A DNA stretch of 64,000 nt from Convolutriloba macropyga (lineage: Eukaryota), in assembly GCF_964194025.1 (NCBI RefSeq), contig NC_134468.1:77438001-77502000 (forward strand), given 5' to 3'. The position numbers and the translations under genes are program-made. Positions 23,201 through 36,835 of this stretch are shown here, piece by piece. The notes beneath the pieces were generated by a model. The model was not told the origin of the DNA. It ran no database searches and was given only the letters and a program-made list of their open reading frames with translations. How positions within the stretch are numbered: position 1 is the first letter of the stretch; each line of letters begins with the position of its first letter.

Positions 23201-23429
23201 TCCTTAAAATATCCAGAATTAAGTGCTTTATATTAATTAATATTGATTCAGTTTCAAGGCCAAATATAGCCAGTATTTCCATCTAGGCCTGTAACCTCTA
23301 ATTTTTTTATGTTTACGAAAAACAACCGCAGAGTGACAGTTTAATAGCAAACATATCAAGTGCCTAAAAGCCTCAATATTTACTTTTTTGAGTTTCTTGA
23401 TGATAAATTCACAAAATCAGTAAATAACT

Positions 23430-23612
23430 TTGTGAAAGATTATGTACTTGGTGAAGTAATTATTCTGATAAAGTAGGTGCTAAAACGGAATTTGTATATG
23501 TACTTAACAAACATCAAGAGACGTACAAAAGCCGGAAATTGCCCAACTTGTAGATCAGTAAATATTTGCGAAGGACCAATACAACTCAAGGTACAGCCCT
23601 GCGGAACCCACG
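23430..23612 (-). pseudogene. Highly degraded non-LTR reverse transcriptase scrap
   Basis: Minus strand reads VPQG....IGP...IFTD, resembling the GVPQGS.LGP.LF..Y.ND motif. Confidence 0.3.
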
Positions 23613-24549
23613 ATCACCAGAACACCAGAGAACCAGCCTGACAATCAGTTGCCCAACATCTTATAAAACTTGATAAAAACTTGAGAAACTTCTTGCTAAA
23701 GTTATTGAACAACTATTGCTAAATATAATTAAAGATTGAACTGGAAAATCTTTATAAAACGTTAAGTTACAACAGGCTTCAATAAAGCTAGATAACTCTG
23801 AGAAAAGTTATTAAATACAAGGCAAACTAGTGGATATATCACGCATCTGAACCGCTCAATAAAAGGCTATTACTAGCTAAATCTATTCAAAATATATCTG
23901 CTAAAAATCGCACTGTGAAACATCAAAATAAGTCCTTGTAAAATGACAGTTATTATAACTATTTGCTTCGAATATTTACCTCAATAACATCGTAGATTCA
24001 TACTCTAAAAATCAGTGCGTAACAGCTTTCTTTGTGCTATATGTAACGCTTCGAGAGTTTTTGTGGCACATAGCACTCATCATTTATACGCGAATGAAAC
24101 GCGAGTGATGTGCCACAACATTCGCTTACATGCTGACCTACCGATGATTCCTTTTTTTGATGCTCTGCCATCCGTGTGGTTATATGTCCGCAAGTTTGCG
24201 CGACATAGGTAGAATTGCATCTACTACTTGTTATTTCGCATACAATATGCGATTTTAGATGCTGGTCAAAACTAGACTATAATGATGGTAAACAGGTTTT
24301 TAGTTTCCATGTTGTGTAGATGCGTTATTTTTTGCAGCTTTTCCTTAAGTTAAACATTACATATAACCAAAGAGACAGGGGGTATAACGGGAAAGAGCCT
24401 TTAAAATCCGTTCTAAGTGGCGGTATCAGAATAAATCCAAATATCAAGTAATTACAACACAATTCAGAGCTCTAACAGTTAATTAGCCTCCCGATTCGTG
24501 CCAATGATTGTTTAAATTTGTTGTTCTAGAGAGTTAATGAAAATTTGAG

Positions 24550-25782
24550 ATGTCTATGATTGAATATCTGCAAAAAAATTATCTAGATGCGCAACCAAAA
24601 GAAAAAAAGAAAAAGCGGAAACGACAAAAAGAAGAGAACAATATAAAAATTATTGACTATAGTGAGGGTGACTGGCAAAATACTGAATTCAAATCAGAGG
24701 ACGAAGATATTGAACTGGACGAACTCCCGGCTGTTGCAGAGACAACAGATGAGCGACCAGCAGAATTAGTTGAAATAGAGAAATATCGTGCCAGTTCTAG
24801 TTGGAAAGTGTTAGAAGCCTCCGATGGAAACCGGAAAACAGATGATTCTCGGAAACATGACTCGATTTTTACTCTAGACGGAAAATACAATAGAAAGACT
24901 CAACTGGCGAGGAAACGACATGACTCTAGCAATGCTTCGCCATACCGGAAACGTAATGGTTCCAGTGATGCTTCACCACCCCGAAAACGACATGATCCTA
25001 GTGATGCTTCGCCACCCCGAAAACGACATGATTCAAGCGATGCTTCGCCACCCCGAAAACGACATGATTCAAGCGACGCTTCGCCACCCCCAAAAAGACA
25101 TGATTCAAGCGACGCTTCGCCACCCCGAAAACGACATGATTCAAGCGATGCTTCGCCACCCCGAAAACGACATGATTCAAGCGATGCTTCGGCACCCCGA
25201 AAACGACATGATTCAAGCGACGCTTCGCCACCCCGAAAACGACATGATTCAAGCGATGCTTCGCCACCTCGAAAAAACATGAACCAAGTAGCTGAAGATG
25301 AAAATGTGAATTCGGAGCAGAGAACTATTTACCGGGACCGAGCAACAGGTAAGAAAAAAGAAGTAAATAGAGATTTGGAGGCCAAGCAGAAAATGATACA
25401 AGATAAAGTAGCCAAGTGGAAAACAGGGGCCGCCCAAATAAAGCAGCAGAAATCTGCAGCACAAGACGCCATTCATGAAATGGGAAAAGATTTCACGAGA
25501 TCGACGGGCGACGTTGACCTAGAGAAATATCTAAAGGAGAAAACTCACGAAGATGATCCAATGGCGGATTACTTATGCAAGAAAAAGGCCAAGAGAGAGA
25601 AGAATGCTGTTTATCCGAAGTACAAAGGCTCCTGGCCAGCAAATCGTTTTAACATACCGCCAGGGTACAGATGGGATGGAGTTGATCGATCTAACGGTTT
25701 TGAGAAGAAATACTTTGACAGCATTAACAACAAGAAAGCATTTGCGGAAGCTGCTCACAAGTGGTCAGTGGAAGACATGTAG
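24550..25782 (+). CDS. BUD13: BUD13 homolog (RES splicing complex subunit), uninterrupted coding region
   Basis: N-terminal YL.K.YL...KKKKRKR; central RHDS.DASPPRK repeats; TIYRD..TG; DDPMA.Y; PKYKG.WP.NRFNIPPGYRWDGVDRSNGFE...A.KWSVEDM C-terminus. Confidence 0.96.
   Translation: MSMIEYLQKNYLDAQPKEKKKKRKRQKEENNIKIIDYSEGDWQNTEFKSEDEDIELDELPAVAETTDERPAELVEIEKYRASSSWKVLEASDGNRKTDDSRKHDSIFTLDGKYNRKTQLARKRHDSSNASPYRKRNGSSDASPPRKRHDPSDASPPRKRHDSSDASPPRKRHDSSDASPPPKRHDSSDASPPRKRHDSSDASPPRKRHDSSDASAPRKRHDSSDASPPRKRHDSSDASPPRKNMNQVAEDENVNSEQRTIYRDRATGKKKEVNRDLEAKQKMIQDKVAKWKTGAAQIKQQKSAAQDAIHEMGKDFTRSTGDVDLEKYLKEKTHEDDPMADYLCKKKAKREKNAVYPKYKGSWPANRFNIPPGYRWDGVDRSNGFEKKYFDSINNKKAFAEAAHKWSVEDM
24916..25275 (+). 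repeat. 36-bp coding minisatellite, 10 units (RHDSSDASPPRK)
   Basis: Consecutive units of CGACATGATTCAAGCGAYGCTTCGCCACCCCGAAAA. Confidence 0.97.
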
Positions 25783-27915
25783 ACGATTTGATGTTTCTAG
25801 TAATGCGAAGAAATGGGTGGGATGTTTGTTTCACTTTGACATCCGACGTGCTCAGTTGGTTGCGGTTTTTCGCAAGCACAGGACTTCGAGTTGTTGCTGT
25901 GGATTATTTTTGGCTGTTTTCACGGCTAAAACAGGAGGTTCTCAATTCTGCCTCAAACTGATTTCAGAAAGAAACTAGTAATTGATACATTCTATTGATG
26001 CAATTTTCTGTCCTTGTGATAATAGAAATTGCAGCAGAGTTTTGAGATTGTTTGACTAAATTTTGTCTGCATTTTCGACAGTCTTAGCATTCAAAAATTT
26101 TTTCACGATCCTCAATTTTTTCATGCCTAGTAATTTAGTCCTTTTGATACGAATAGGCACTTTGATAGCGATAAAATTTTCTTTTTTTTACCTTTTTGTG
26201 TTTTCCGTGGGGGCGTTACTTTATGCACGGTTATTTTGTGAGTGTTGTGCTGCTGTTTGCTGACTTTGGTTTTCATTAGTGAGTCGCTGTTTTTTTCCCT
26301 GCCTTTGGAAGGAAAAGGATGTTCCTTGTATATTAGTTCTGCTCATAACTTCATGCTCGATTGGGGTCATCTTGTTACTGTTTTTTTTACATTTTGACCA
26401 AACTATGTCGAATCTTTAAATGATTTGGTGTGGCGATGGTGTTGGTCATCTAGGTTGAAAATTTGTAGTTTTTCCCCGCTGAGAGGAATTTTCAGCGAAA
26501 GAAGTTTTGGATGATATCATGTGTTGATTTTCGTTTTTGTTTTGTGGTGAAGATATCAGGTCAAAAAATAAAGGTTTTTGTCGAAGTTTTTGGTTGCATG
26601 GAGAAATCACTCACACGGAAGAGTCTTTAGTGGATTTCCATCGATGATTTAAGATACACTTTTACATTGGAAACCATTCAATAAGAGGTTTGATCCTATG
26701 AAAATATCTGTCCTGACTGAATCTTTTAATCCCGAATTTTGAATACCATGAGCTAATAGCGCTTTTTTAACAAATTTCAAATGAAAGCATAGTTTCGCAA
26801 CAGAGATTAGGGCTTTCGGATAAATAGAAAATTCTTATATTCTGAGAAATTTTGCGGTTTTGAGAAAGTGCAATTTATATTTCAAAAATTTCTGATTTAA
26901 AGCCTTCCCTTGTTCGCAAAGTGCTACTAAAGATAATAATATGCCGCCGCTCTTTGATATCAACTGCAAATTTTACCTGACATTTCAGCTTCCATAAAGA
27001 TTAATTCTTGTTATTAATTTATTTTATGATGGTTTTAGTTCGTTGTCGTTCCGTAGACTCCCTCACAGGTGATACGCATTTGCTGTTGATCAGAGCTTTG
27101 TGATGCTTGCACCGACAAATGGCTAGCAAAGTTTGACTGAGATGAGTAAATATATATACTGAAAAAAATTCACAGATTTCGTTTTTGATGACTTTCAATG
27201 GTTTTAATGATTAATTGTACCTTGATTAAATCGTGCAAACAGTTATCAAATAATGCAGCAAATAAAAAATGAATCCGATCTTGATGAAGCTTATGCTACC
27301 ACATAGTTGGTACGATATAACTGAGACCACTGAAAACCATTGTTTTTTTTTTAGTTTTAACTTTCAAGTTTGCAAAAAGTGTTCATTTCCTCAGAAAAGT
27401 TTGAGGTGTCAATTTGTTCATAGAAATGCAAATATACAAGCAACAGTCTTGGAGCATCAAGTTTGTTTGGATTATAGACCATAATTTTTCTGACCCACTT
27501 TAGTTGGAGAGGAACCATATAATCAAATGCTTTTTTTCAGTTAATTTTGGCCGATCGATATATTCATCGTAGAGGGTTATGAGTGGTATCATTAGAAATC
27601 CCGTCCAGCGTAAAAGATATAAGTAACAAGATTTTTGTGAATTTTTTTTATTTCAACAGATTTATTGAGGTTTCAAATTTTGTGAACATTTGACGGATTT
27701 TCTTTCTTGTTCTTGTTTTCCGTGCTTTTACGCTATTTCGTCGCCAAGTTTTGAAAATAAAATGTTAAAATTGGTAACGGCAGTGTTTTTTTATTTTACC
27801 TCTGAAAACAGAAGAGTACCGAGTTCAGTAATTTACAGACAACTTTAACAATCACGTTCAAACTTATTACGTTAAAATAGCTCTCATGTGTTGTTGAGCT
27901 ATTTCATCCAATTTT

Positions 27916-28370
27916 TTTACCGGGACCGAGCAACAGGTAAGAAAAAAGAAGTAAATAGAGATTTGGAGGCCAAGCAGAAAATGATACAAGATAAAGTAGC
28001 CAAGTGGAAAACAGGGGCCGCCCAAATAAAGCAGTAGAAATCTGCAGCACAAGACGCCATTCATGAAATGGGAAAAGATTTCACGAGATCGACGGGCGAC
28101 GTTGACCTAGAGAAATATCTAAAGGAGAAAACTCACGAAGATGATCCAATGGCGGATTACTTATGCAAGAAAAAGGCCAAGAGAGAGAAGAATGCTGTTT
28201 ATCCGAAGTACAAAGGCTCCTGGCCAGCAAATCGTTTTAACATACCGCCAGGGTACAGATGGGATGGAGTTGATCGATCTAACGGTTTTGAGAAGAAATA
28301 CTTTGACAGCATTAACAACAAGAAAGCATTTGCGGAAGCTGCTCACAAGTGGTCAGTGGAAGACATGTAG
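27916..28370 (+). pseudogene. BUD13: 5'-truncated BUD13 duplicate with a nonsense change; 100-aa ORF from ATG 28068
   Basis: Copy of 25328-25782 with CAG to TAG at 28035-28037. Confidence 0.9.
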
Positions 28371-30074
28371 ACGATTTGATGTTTCTAGTAATGCGAAGAA
28401 ATGGGTGGGATGTTTGTTTCACTTTGACATCCGACGTGCTCAGTTGGTTGCGGTTTTTCGCAAGCACAGGACTTCGAGTTGTTGCTGTGGATTATTTTTG
28501 GCTGTTTTCACGGCTAAAACAGGAGGTTCTCAATTCTGCCTCAAACTGATTTCAGAAAGAAACTAGTAATTGATACATTCTATTGATGCAATTTTCTGTC
28601 CTTGTGATAATAGAAATTGCAGCAGAGTTTTGAGATTGTTTGACTAAATTTTGTCTGCATTTTCGACAGTCTTAGCATTCAAAAATTTTTTCACGATCCT
28701 CAATTTTTTCATGCCTAGTAATTTAGTCCTTTTGATACGAATAGGCACTTTGATAGCGATAAAATTTTCTTTTTTTTACCTTTTTGTGTTTTCCGTGGGG
28801 GCGTTACTTTATGCACGGTTATTTTGTGAGTGTTGTGCTGCTGTTTGCTGACTTTGGTTTTCATTAGTGAGTCGCTGTTTTTTTCCCTGCCTTTGGAAGG
28901 AAAAGGATGTTCCTTGTATATTAGTTCTGCTCATAACTTCATGCTCGATTGGGGTCATCTTGTTACTGTTTTTTTTTACATTTTGACCAAACTATGTCGA
29001 ATCTTTAAATGATTTGGTGTGGCGATGGTGTTGGTCATCTAGGTTGAAAATTTGTAGTTTTTCCCCGCTGAGAGGAATTTTCAGCGAAAGAAGTTTTGGA
29101 TGATATCATGTGTTGATTTTCGTTTTTGTTTTGTGGTGAAGATATCAGGTCAAAAAATAAAGGTTTTTGTCGAAGTTTTTGGTTGCATGGAGAAATCACT
29201 TACACGGAAGAGTCTTTAGTGGATTTCCATCGATGATTTAAGATACACTTTTACATTGGAAACCATTCAATAAGAGGTTTGATCCTATGAAAATATCTGT
29301 CCTGACTGAATCTTTTAATCCCGAATTTTGAATACCATGAGCTAATAGCGCTTTTTTAACAAATTTCAAATGAAAGCATAGTTTCGCAACAGAGATTAGG
29401 GCTTTCGGATAAATAGAAAATTCTTATATTCTGAGAAATTTTGCGGTTTTGAGAAAGTGCAATTTATATTTCAAAAATTTCTGATTTAAAGCCTTCCCTT
29501 GTTCGCAAAGTGCTACTAAAGATAATAATATGCCGCCGCTCTTTGATATCAACTGCAAATTTTACCTGACATTTCAGCTTCCATAAAGATTAATTCTTGT
29601 TATTAATTTATTTTATGATGGTTTTAGTTCGTTGTCGTTCCGTAGACTCCCTCACAGGTGATACGCATTTGCTGTTGATCAGAGCTTTGTGATGCTTGCA
29701 CCGACAAATGGCTAGCAAAGTTTGACTGAGATGAGTAAATATATATACTGAAAAAAATTCACAGATTTCGTTTTTGATGACTTTCAATGGTTTTAATGAT
29801 TAATTGTACCTTGATTAAATCGTGCAAACAGTTATCAAATAATGCAGCAAATAAAAAATGAATCCGATCTTGATGAAGCTTATGCTACCACATAGTTGGT
29901 ACGATATAACTGAGACCACTGAAAACCATTGTTTTTTTTTTAGTTTTAACTTTCAAGTTTGCAAAAAGTGTTCATTTCCTCAGAAAAGTTTGAGGTGTCA
30001 ATTTGTTCATAGAAATGCAAATATACAAGCAACAGTCTTGGAGCATCAAGTTTGTTTGGATTATAGACCATAAT

Positions 30075-30290
30075 TTTTCTGACCCACTTTAGTTGGAGAG
30101 GAACCATATAATCAAATGCTTTTTTTCAGTTAATTTTGGCCGATCGATATATTCATCGTAGAGGGTTATGAGTGGTATCATTAGAAATCCCGTCCAGCGT
30201 AAAAGATATAAGTAACAAGATTTTTGTGAATTTTTTTTATTTCAACAGATTTATTGAGGTTTCAAATTTTGTGAACATTTGACGGATTTT
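30075..30290 (+). repeat. Interspersed repeat (probable DNA-transposon end), also at ~27486-27700 (+) and ~46465-46690 (-)
   Basis: GACCCACTT...AATTTTGGCCGATCGATATATTC.TCGTAGAG...GAGTGGTATCATTA...TCCAGCGTA matches the reverse complement of 46555-46687. Confidence 0.75.
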
Positions 30291-30599
30291 CTTTCTTGTT
30301 CTTGTTTTCCGTGCTTTTACGCTATTTCGTCGCCAAGTTTTGAAAATAAAATGTTAAAATTGGTAACGGCAGTGTTTTTTTATTTTACCTCTGAAAACAG
30401 AAGAGTACCGAGTTCAGTAATTTACAGACAACTTTAACAATCACGTTCAAACTTATTACGTTAAAATAGCTCTCATGTGTTGTTGAGCTATTTCATCCAA
30501 TTTTTTGGCTGAAATTTTTGCTATTTTCAAATTTCAGACTTTTTCATCAAAGATGGCACAAAATGAGCTTCTGTCATCCACTTTGTTTAATTTACCGGG

Positions 30600-31090
30600 T
30601 CAAACGAACGACAATAGCAATGCTTAGTATTGGTCTAATCGTTGTTTCCTAAAGTAATCAGGGAACTGATTCTTAATTTAAAACAATGGCGTGGAAGTAA
30701 TTTTTAATTACTAAAAAGCTCGTTTATTTGAGTAAAGGGGATGGGATCACATGTATTTCAAATGACAACATCATTTCAGGCTGTATGTGTTATTAGAGAT
30801 AAGTTGAATGACGACTTTGATATATTGATTTTTTTGTCATATTATTCATAACTACATTTGGAAAAATTACGTGTTCCCAATAAACGAACGGCAATAGCAA
30901 TGCTAGTATTGGTCTAATCGTTGTTTCCTAAAGTAATCAGGGAGTGATTCTTAATTTAAAACAATGGCGTGGAAGTAAACTTGTTTACTAAAAAGCTAGT
31001 TGATTTGAGTAAGAGGGATGGGTTCACATTTGTTTCAAATGACGCCCTTATTTCAGGCTGTATGTGCTGTTAGAGATAAGTTGATCGAAG
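30600..31090 (+). repeat. ~280-bp tandem duplication
   Basis: AAACGAACGRCAATAGCAATGCT.AGTATTGGTCTAATCGTTGTTTCCTAAAGTAATCAGGG at ~30602 and ~30882. Confidence 0.9.
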
Positions 31091-32576
31091 ACGTGTTAAG
31101 AAATTGCCGTAGTTTGAACTCAAAAAAGTAGATCTTATAATATCTGGGGAACTTTGTTTGAAATTTGAAATTTTGATTGATACTCGTTTGAAACCATTTC
31201 TTTGAAACGCGTCGACATTCTGTTATAGCAATGGTAGAAAATTTGGACACTTTTAGTTTCAACATTTTCTTATAGAGCTGTTTTTGAATTTTTCTATCTA
31301 TATTGAAATAGATATCCTCGCCGTGTTTTTTTCAGCAACCGTAGAATTGGTAGTTTTTCCACGGACGTTATAATAATAGATTTTAAATAGTAAGATTGGC
31401 AATAGGCCTGTTTTCAAGAGTTATCGAGTTTTGAAGTTTCATGAATTAGCTTTTGGTGCTCTCTCCGCTAAAGAACTGAGCAAAATTTGTCGTTGAGAGG
31501 GGTCGGAACAGTTTTCACAAAAGTACCTTATCGAGCGTCCTTGTTCTATTATTCAATAAAAAAATAAAATTTACACTAACTGGTTAAAAAAATGTTAAGG
31601 TATATCAATATGGCTCGTGCGAGTCTGTGTTTAGCACAGAATGTTTCAAAATACCTCTTATAGGCTGTTTTTAGTAGCGTTAAATACATTTTTTCTCAGT
31701 AAATTTTTGGGCTTTTTCACTCGGGAGTATTCTATTTTTTGTGAACCGAAATAGAACATTTTTCCATCTTTCAAAAAAACTTCGTTTTTTGTATGGAGAG
31801 TTTCAGATTCAATCAACTATTCAGTTTTTAATTTACAGGAAAGCACTCAAATAAGCCCTTAAAGGGTCAGTTGGAAGTTTTTGATTCTTATATATCAGGA
31901 GTTTTTAATGCTGTGAATTATTTCCTACAAAAAAAAGTTGGTTTGATTTTAAAATATAACTCTTTTTTACAACCATTTTACCATATAAGAAACTTATCGT
32001 TTGGAGCAAGTCAATTTGTATTTGGATTTAAAGATGAACATGGTAGAAATATTCTTTAGCTGATAAAGCTATAGAAAAAGAAAGCTCAACTTAGAGCAGA
32101 TCGTCGCGGTGCAGCGGTTAGCATTTTAATAACGTTTTGACTGTCCAGGTATTCTTTTTCAGATATTTGGCCAAAATGTTGCTGGACTTCGGCTGAAACC
32201 TGATAGATTGTGGCTATTAATTTCATCATCGCAGCTGTTCCGATGTTGAAGATGTTTACTCAATAATATCAACCTAAATGGTCTCAATTACTTATCTCCC
32301 AGTTAGCTGAGACGTAAATTCATAGCGAACTGTGAATTTGTAATGCACACTATTGCTTTCTACTGAATGCAGTGCGTGCCTAGGCTTGCGAATGCTTTTA
32401 AACAGCTACGAATCCGTTCTCTCCGATTATTCTTCCGATTTCAGTTTTATTTTTATGTGATAATTAGCAGCCGATTAAACTGGTCGCATTTGTTTCTGAT
32501 GGTTGGAGACCTAGGGGATAGTATGACGCAGTCTTGAATTAGTCAAATCAAAAGTGAAGCCTCTTTAGAAATATAA

Positions 32577-34517
32577 ATGGCCGAATCATTAGCTGTTTGT
32601 CGACTATCCTTCAAAAGGAAGACCATAATTGATTCGTTGCCTCACATTACATCCTGTCAAATTGCTATTTACCTTTACTCTTCTGAAGTGTTGGACCAAC
32701 TCGTTCGCGACTCTATCATTCAGAGTGCAAAGCCATCGCAGGAATTGTACGATCAGTTGGTGAAAATATGTCGAACCAAAACTGAAGCCTTCACCAAATT
32801 CCTGGAAGCTTTGGAGCGGGTTGACAGAAAAGATCTAGCCGACCAGATTGCATCGAGCGAAGTGTTTGACACGCTTAAAATACATCTCAACTTTTTCGGC
32901 AAGAATTTGATCATAGGAAACGAGTCGAGAGTTGACGACTTCGTTGACTATATATTGGCCAAGACTCTAAAGTTGATTATAATCGAAGAGTCTATTAACA
33001 AAGATCGCGAGCAGTTTGATGCTATAAATTTGGGCTACAATGCAATGCACCACTCGCGAGACAATTCGGGTTCGAGCACGCCCTCTGTGGGTTACAACAA
33101 CAGAATTATGGATTTAGCCTTGGCCGACGCCTTTGGAGAGAAGAAACGCTGGGAGCTCTCGAACTTTCAAGATGTTTCATTTTTGCATGGAAAATTTACA
33201 CTCTTGGACGGTCCTGCTGGTATTGGGAAGTCGACGTTATTGGGACAAATTGCGTGCAGGTTTTTGAAAGGAGATTTGCCTAAGTTCCAGAATGTTATTT
33301 TGCTCACTTGTCGAAAATTGAACCAATTCGGAGGGAAGAAAATGACTTTTGAGCATTTCATTCAAAGCTATGGTTACACTGTCGACTTTGACTTCAGCTC
33401 GCCGCATTTTGCGGATCAGTTGTTTTTGTTCGATGGTTTCGAGGAGTACAATCGAAGGTGGACATTCGGAAAGGAGATGACTGGAGTTGAGGGCCGTGTT
33501 TCCGTTGATTCCTCAGAAATGACAACTGATGAATGGATCCGCTACTTAATGTGCTCAAATGGTAAAAGTGTTGTGATTGCAGCGCGACCAGGGTCCCTTA
33601 GATTCTTGAAGGATTACCCTTACAAACTGAGACTCAGGGTTCTTGGTTTCAGTGATCAAATGATCCGAGAATTCTTCAAAATGCATGGCAGTGCTGACAA
33701 ATTGGACTGGCTTCTCAGAACGAAAGATTATCTCTCAATTTATTCGCAGTTGTACAAACCATTGATAAGCTCGTATTACATTAAAGTTCTTAATCACAAT
33801 TTTGTAGAATCATCATTACCCTGTGCCTCAAGCGAGCTTTACAAACGCATGTTTTTGCTTCACATTGAAGAGAATTGTTACGTGCATGAAGTACCCGAAA
33901 TGACCGGCATCAAAACAAAGATGACTACCAAAAATCTTGTGCCAGCTTTGAATGTGATTTCTGTAAACCAAATAAAGGTGCCAAGTGATATTAAAGAAGC
34001 GTACAACTTTCTTCTGAAGGTTTGCTCAGTGTGTTTCCAAATGCTCTGTTCCGATTGCAAAGTTAACGATTGTTGTTCGAAGAATCCGTCTCTCCGAAAA
34101 AGTCAAATTTCAGAAGATCAGACGTACGAGATTGCAAAAAGGTGTGGTTTGTTTGTGCATTATGATCACAGTGCCTTCTTAGAACAAGAGGATGTTTTGT
34201 TACCACACCATTTGCGAGCAGTCGAATTCGGAGCAGCAATATTTCTCGTTCAAAAGTTTTACAGCAAGGTTTCATTCTTATTAAAGAATGCAGTGCAAAG
34301 CGCGGGGAAAATCTTGTCAAAACAGAAGGTGAAAAGTTTGTTCGGAGGAGTGGATGAGAATGCGTTTCCAGACGATGTGATCCGATTTGCGGTGGGAATT
34401 TTGGCACATTCAGAGGGCAATATAGTGCACAGACAGATCCAGGCATTGGCAAAGCTTCACTGTGCCTCTCTGTGCAGACATCTGAGTGACAATACTATCT
34501 TAAGGTTGAGTGTGGAG
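32577..34517 (+). CDS. NLR gene, first coding exon: CARD-like death-fold + NACHT NTPase
   Basis: N-terminal IAIYLYSSEVLD...AFTKFLEALE..DRKDLAD (death-fold pattern). Walker A LLDGPAGIGKSTLL, Walker B LFLFDGFEEY, sensor VVIAARP, VLGFS, and H....EF.AA. Donor GAG|GTACGT at 34517/34518. Confidence 0.88.
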
Positions 34518-35699
34518 GTACGTTCTAAAGGTTCTGGTCGAAGAGGTTTTTTTGATGACTTAAACATCTAAGCTTTTAATGTTTACCAAACTACTTGTCC
34601 GGAGCATTTGTGTGAAGGTTGTTATTGTTCCCTCAGTTGGATTTAAGTACACAAAAATTAGTCTCTGTTGATGCTGACGTTTTTAAGCTGCTTTCATGAA
34701 AATTTCAAGGAGCGAAGAGGAGAGATGGTTTTTGTTCGTTCTGCTATATGATTGACAGTGATAAAAACTGAAAAATTTTTGCTAAGCTAGAGAATTTTTT
34801 GGGTCAGGTGTTGCTTATTATCAGCTTTTTAAAACTTTTTTTACGTCCAACTATACGATCAAATTGTTCATAGCTGCGTAGCTGTAAGCTCGGTGGAGCT
34901 ATATTGCGGTTATCTTGTTTTCTTACAATTCAAAAAAATTGAATTTCTTGGGGCGCTGTATTAATAATCTGTTCACACATTTCCATGATTTTTGAAGTCA
35001 CATTTAAGAGATGATGTTGGTCGCGCTGAAACAGGAGGTTGATGGAAACAGCGAGTAAAATTTTTGTGACAAAAATGTGTTTGAACAAACAACGTTTTGT
35101 GGTTTCTCGCTTGTGGATTTTGTTCACATGCGGTAATTTGACTGATTTTTACTGTTTTTTATTTTTTTAATCTGATTTTTTCTACATGGTTTTTGCAAAC
35201 CAACCATAATCCACTTTAGGTCTAGTTTTCGTAGTCAATGAAAGTTCTTTAAAGTGTTTAATAACTTCTCCTGCAATGTCTCTTTATTTCATCATCTGAC
35301 GCTTTTTTTATTTTACATTTGTTCACATGCAAAAATGAAAAGGTCAATTCCGTTGTTTCTCTCAATAACATCGTTTGCGCGCGTGGTCATTTCTAACTCA
35401 AGCTTGCAAAAGTTTTTAGATTATTTGCGTGATTCGGTTTTGATCATACGTGACTTACCTCACTCAATAAAAAAGACTTTTGCGCTTAAGTTTAGTTTGG
35501 ATTCGTTCAAGTTCAAAGGAACTCATATGTGTAATAAAGGTTCCTAATAAAAGGTTTCTCCGGAATGGTTTTTAACAAGCTTTATTAATCTCTTGCTGAA
35601 TGTTTTTTATATGGCTTTTTGAGCGGGGCTAATAACTTTTCATATTTTAACTCATACTTTTAGCTCATAACTTTTAACTCATATTTTTTTCTATCTTTT

Positions 35700-36400
35700 T
35701 TATACGGCACGCAAGTCTATTCCGCAGCTGTTCTGGCAATCTGCTGGCTGTGCTGTTTTCGTCATACATTTTTGATGTTTGAAGCGGTTCATATAGTGAC
35801 TAACGTATTCGATGTTTTACTGATTGTGCTCTTTACAGAATTTGTCATTCTAGTGCACCTCCCCTCTGGCCGGAGCCTTAAGTATTTAATCGTCAGACCT
35901 TTAGAGGAACTAGTTCCATGACATGAAGACCTGAGCATTGCTAAGACCGTCTGGGGTTGAGCTCTTTGAAGAGTCTCCATAAACCATCTTTCGGGAAATA
36001 GAATGTGATGTCTGGGCCAAAAACGTAGTGTAACTACTCTTTCTTTTCAATTCTGCTGTCAAAGATGCAAAACTATACTATGTGATGTTTTCCGTGACGA
36101 TCACTACGTCATTCTTGTCTGGACTTTAAAACAGTTTTTTCTTTTTGCCGACGATCATTTTGCTCCCTTTTTTCATGGGCGCTGTTCAATGCTCTGCTTG
36201 AACTCCTTCATCTCCGGGTCTTGCATGCACTGACGATTATCGGACCGTTAAGGAACATTTTTAACTGTTTTAAGTCCTCGTGATTTGTGAGATCGATCGA
36301 GGACTTTGTCTCTAATTTAGACAAATGCCTATCCAGGATGGCACATGGATAGGCATTTGACAGTATAGACCGTTACGGCGACAGTAAAGACCGTTCCAGC
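35700..36400 (-). pseudogene. Degraded non-LTR (RTE-like) reverse transcriptase remnant in the NLR intron
   Basis: Minus strand HSISR..(fs)..L.R..PQTVLAML...HGT.S.KG resembles the RT segment following AFDS. Confidence 0.3.
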
Positions 36401-36835
36401 TTTCTACTCGATCCCGTCATTCTAATAACTTTTTAATTGCAATGTTTTTTCGCCTTTAGTCTTCTGAAATAGGCAATAGTTTTTCAAATTAAATCTTGAG
36501 TCCAGATCGATTCGGTTAAATTTATCAGCTTTTAGTTTTAAATTTATCAGCTTTTAATTTTTTTATACGGTATAAATATATAATTTATTTATGATTAATG
36601 TATTAATATATAATTTTGATAGTTGGAGAATCCGTAGTCAAAGATAACCGTGAGTGTTTTCCACAATCTTCCAGCTGTTTTTCGGGCGCTTTTCTGTTTG
36701 TTCCCCCTACGTTATGCACCTAGTACGTTATGCCCCCCCCCCCCCAAATTTACACAGTTGCAAATTTTGATGGTTTGGAGAATCCATAGTGAAAGATAAC
36801 CGTGAGTGTTTTCCACAATCTTCCAGCTGTTTTTT

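Larger units (their letters stand above)
25328..30506 (+). repeat. Direct tandem duplication, 2588-bp unit
   Basis: 25331 matches 27919 onward; the junction lies in a T-run microhomology; near-identical copies. Confidence 0.97.

Noticed and set aside
24916-25275. CRISPR-like 36-bp periodicity
   Set aside because: No unique spacers; it is an in-frame coding repeat in a eukaryotic gene.
24900-25282. Antisense and alternate-frame repetitive ORFs (ESCRFRGGEASL; ENDMIQAMLRHP)
   Set aside because: By-products of the stop-free 36-bp BUD13 repeat.
32100-32130. tRNA A-box-like GGTGCAGCGGTTAGCA
   Set aside because: No B-box or cloverleaf follows.
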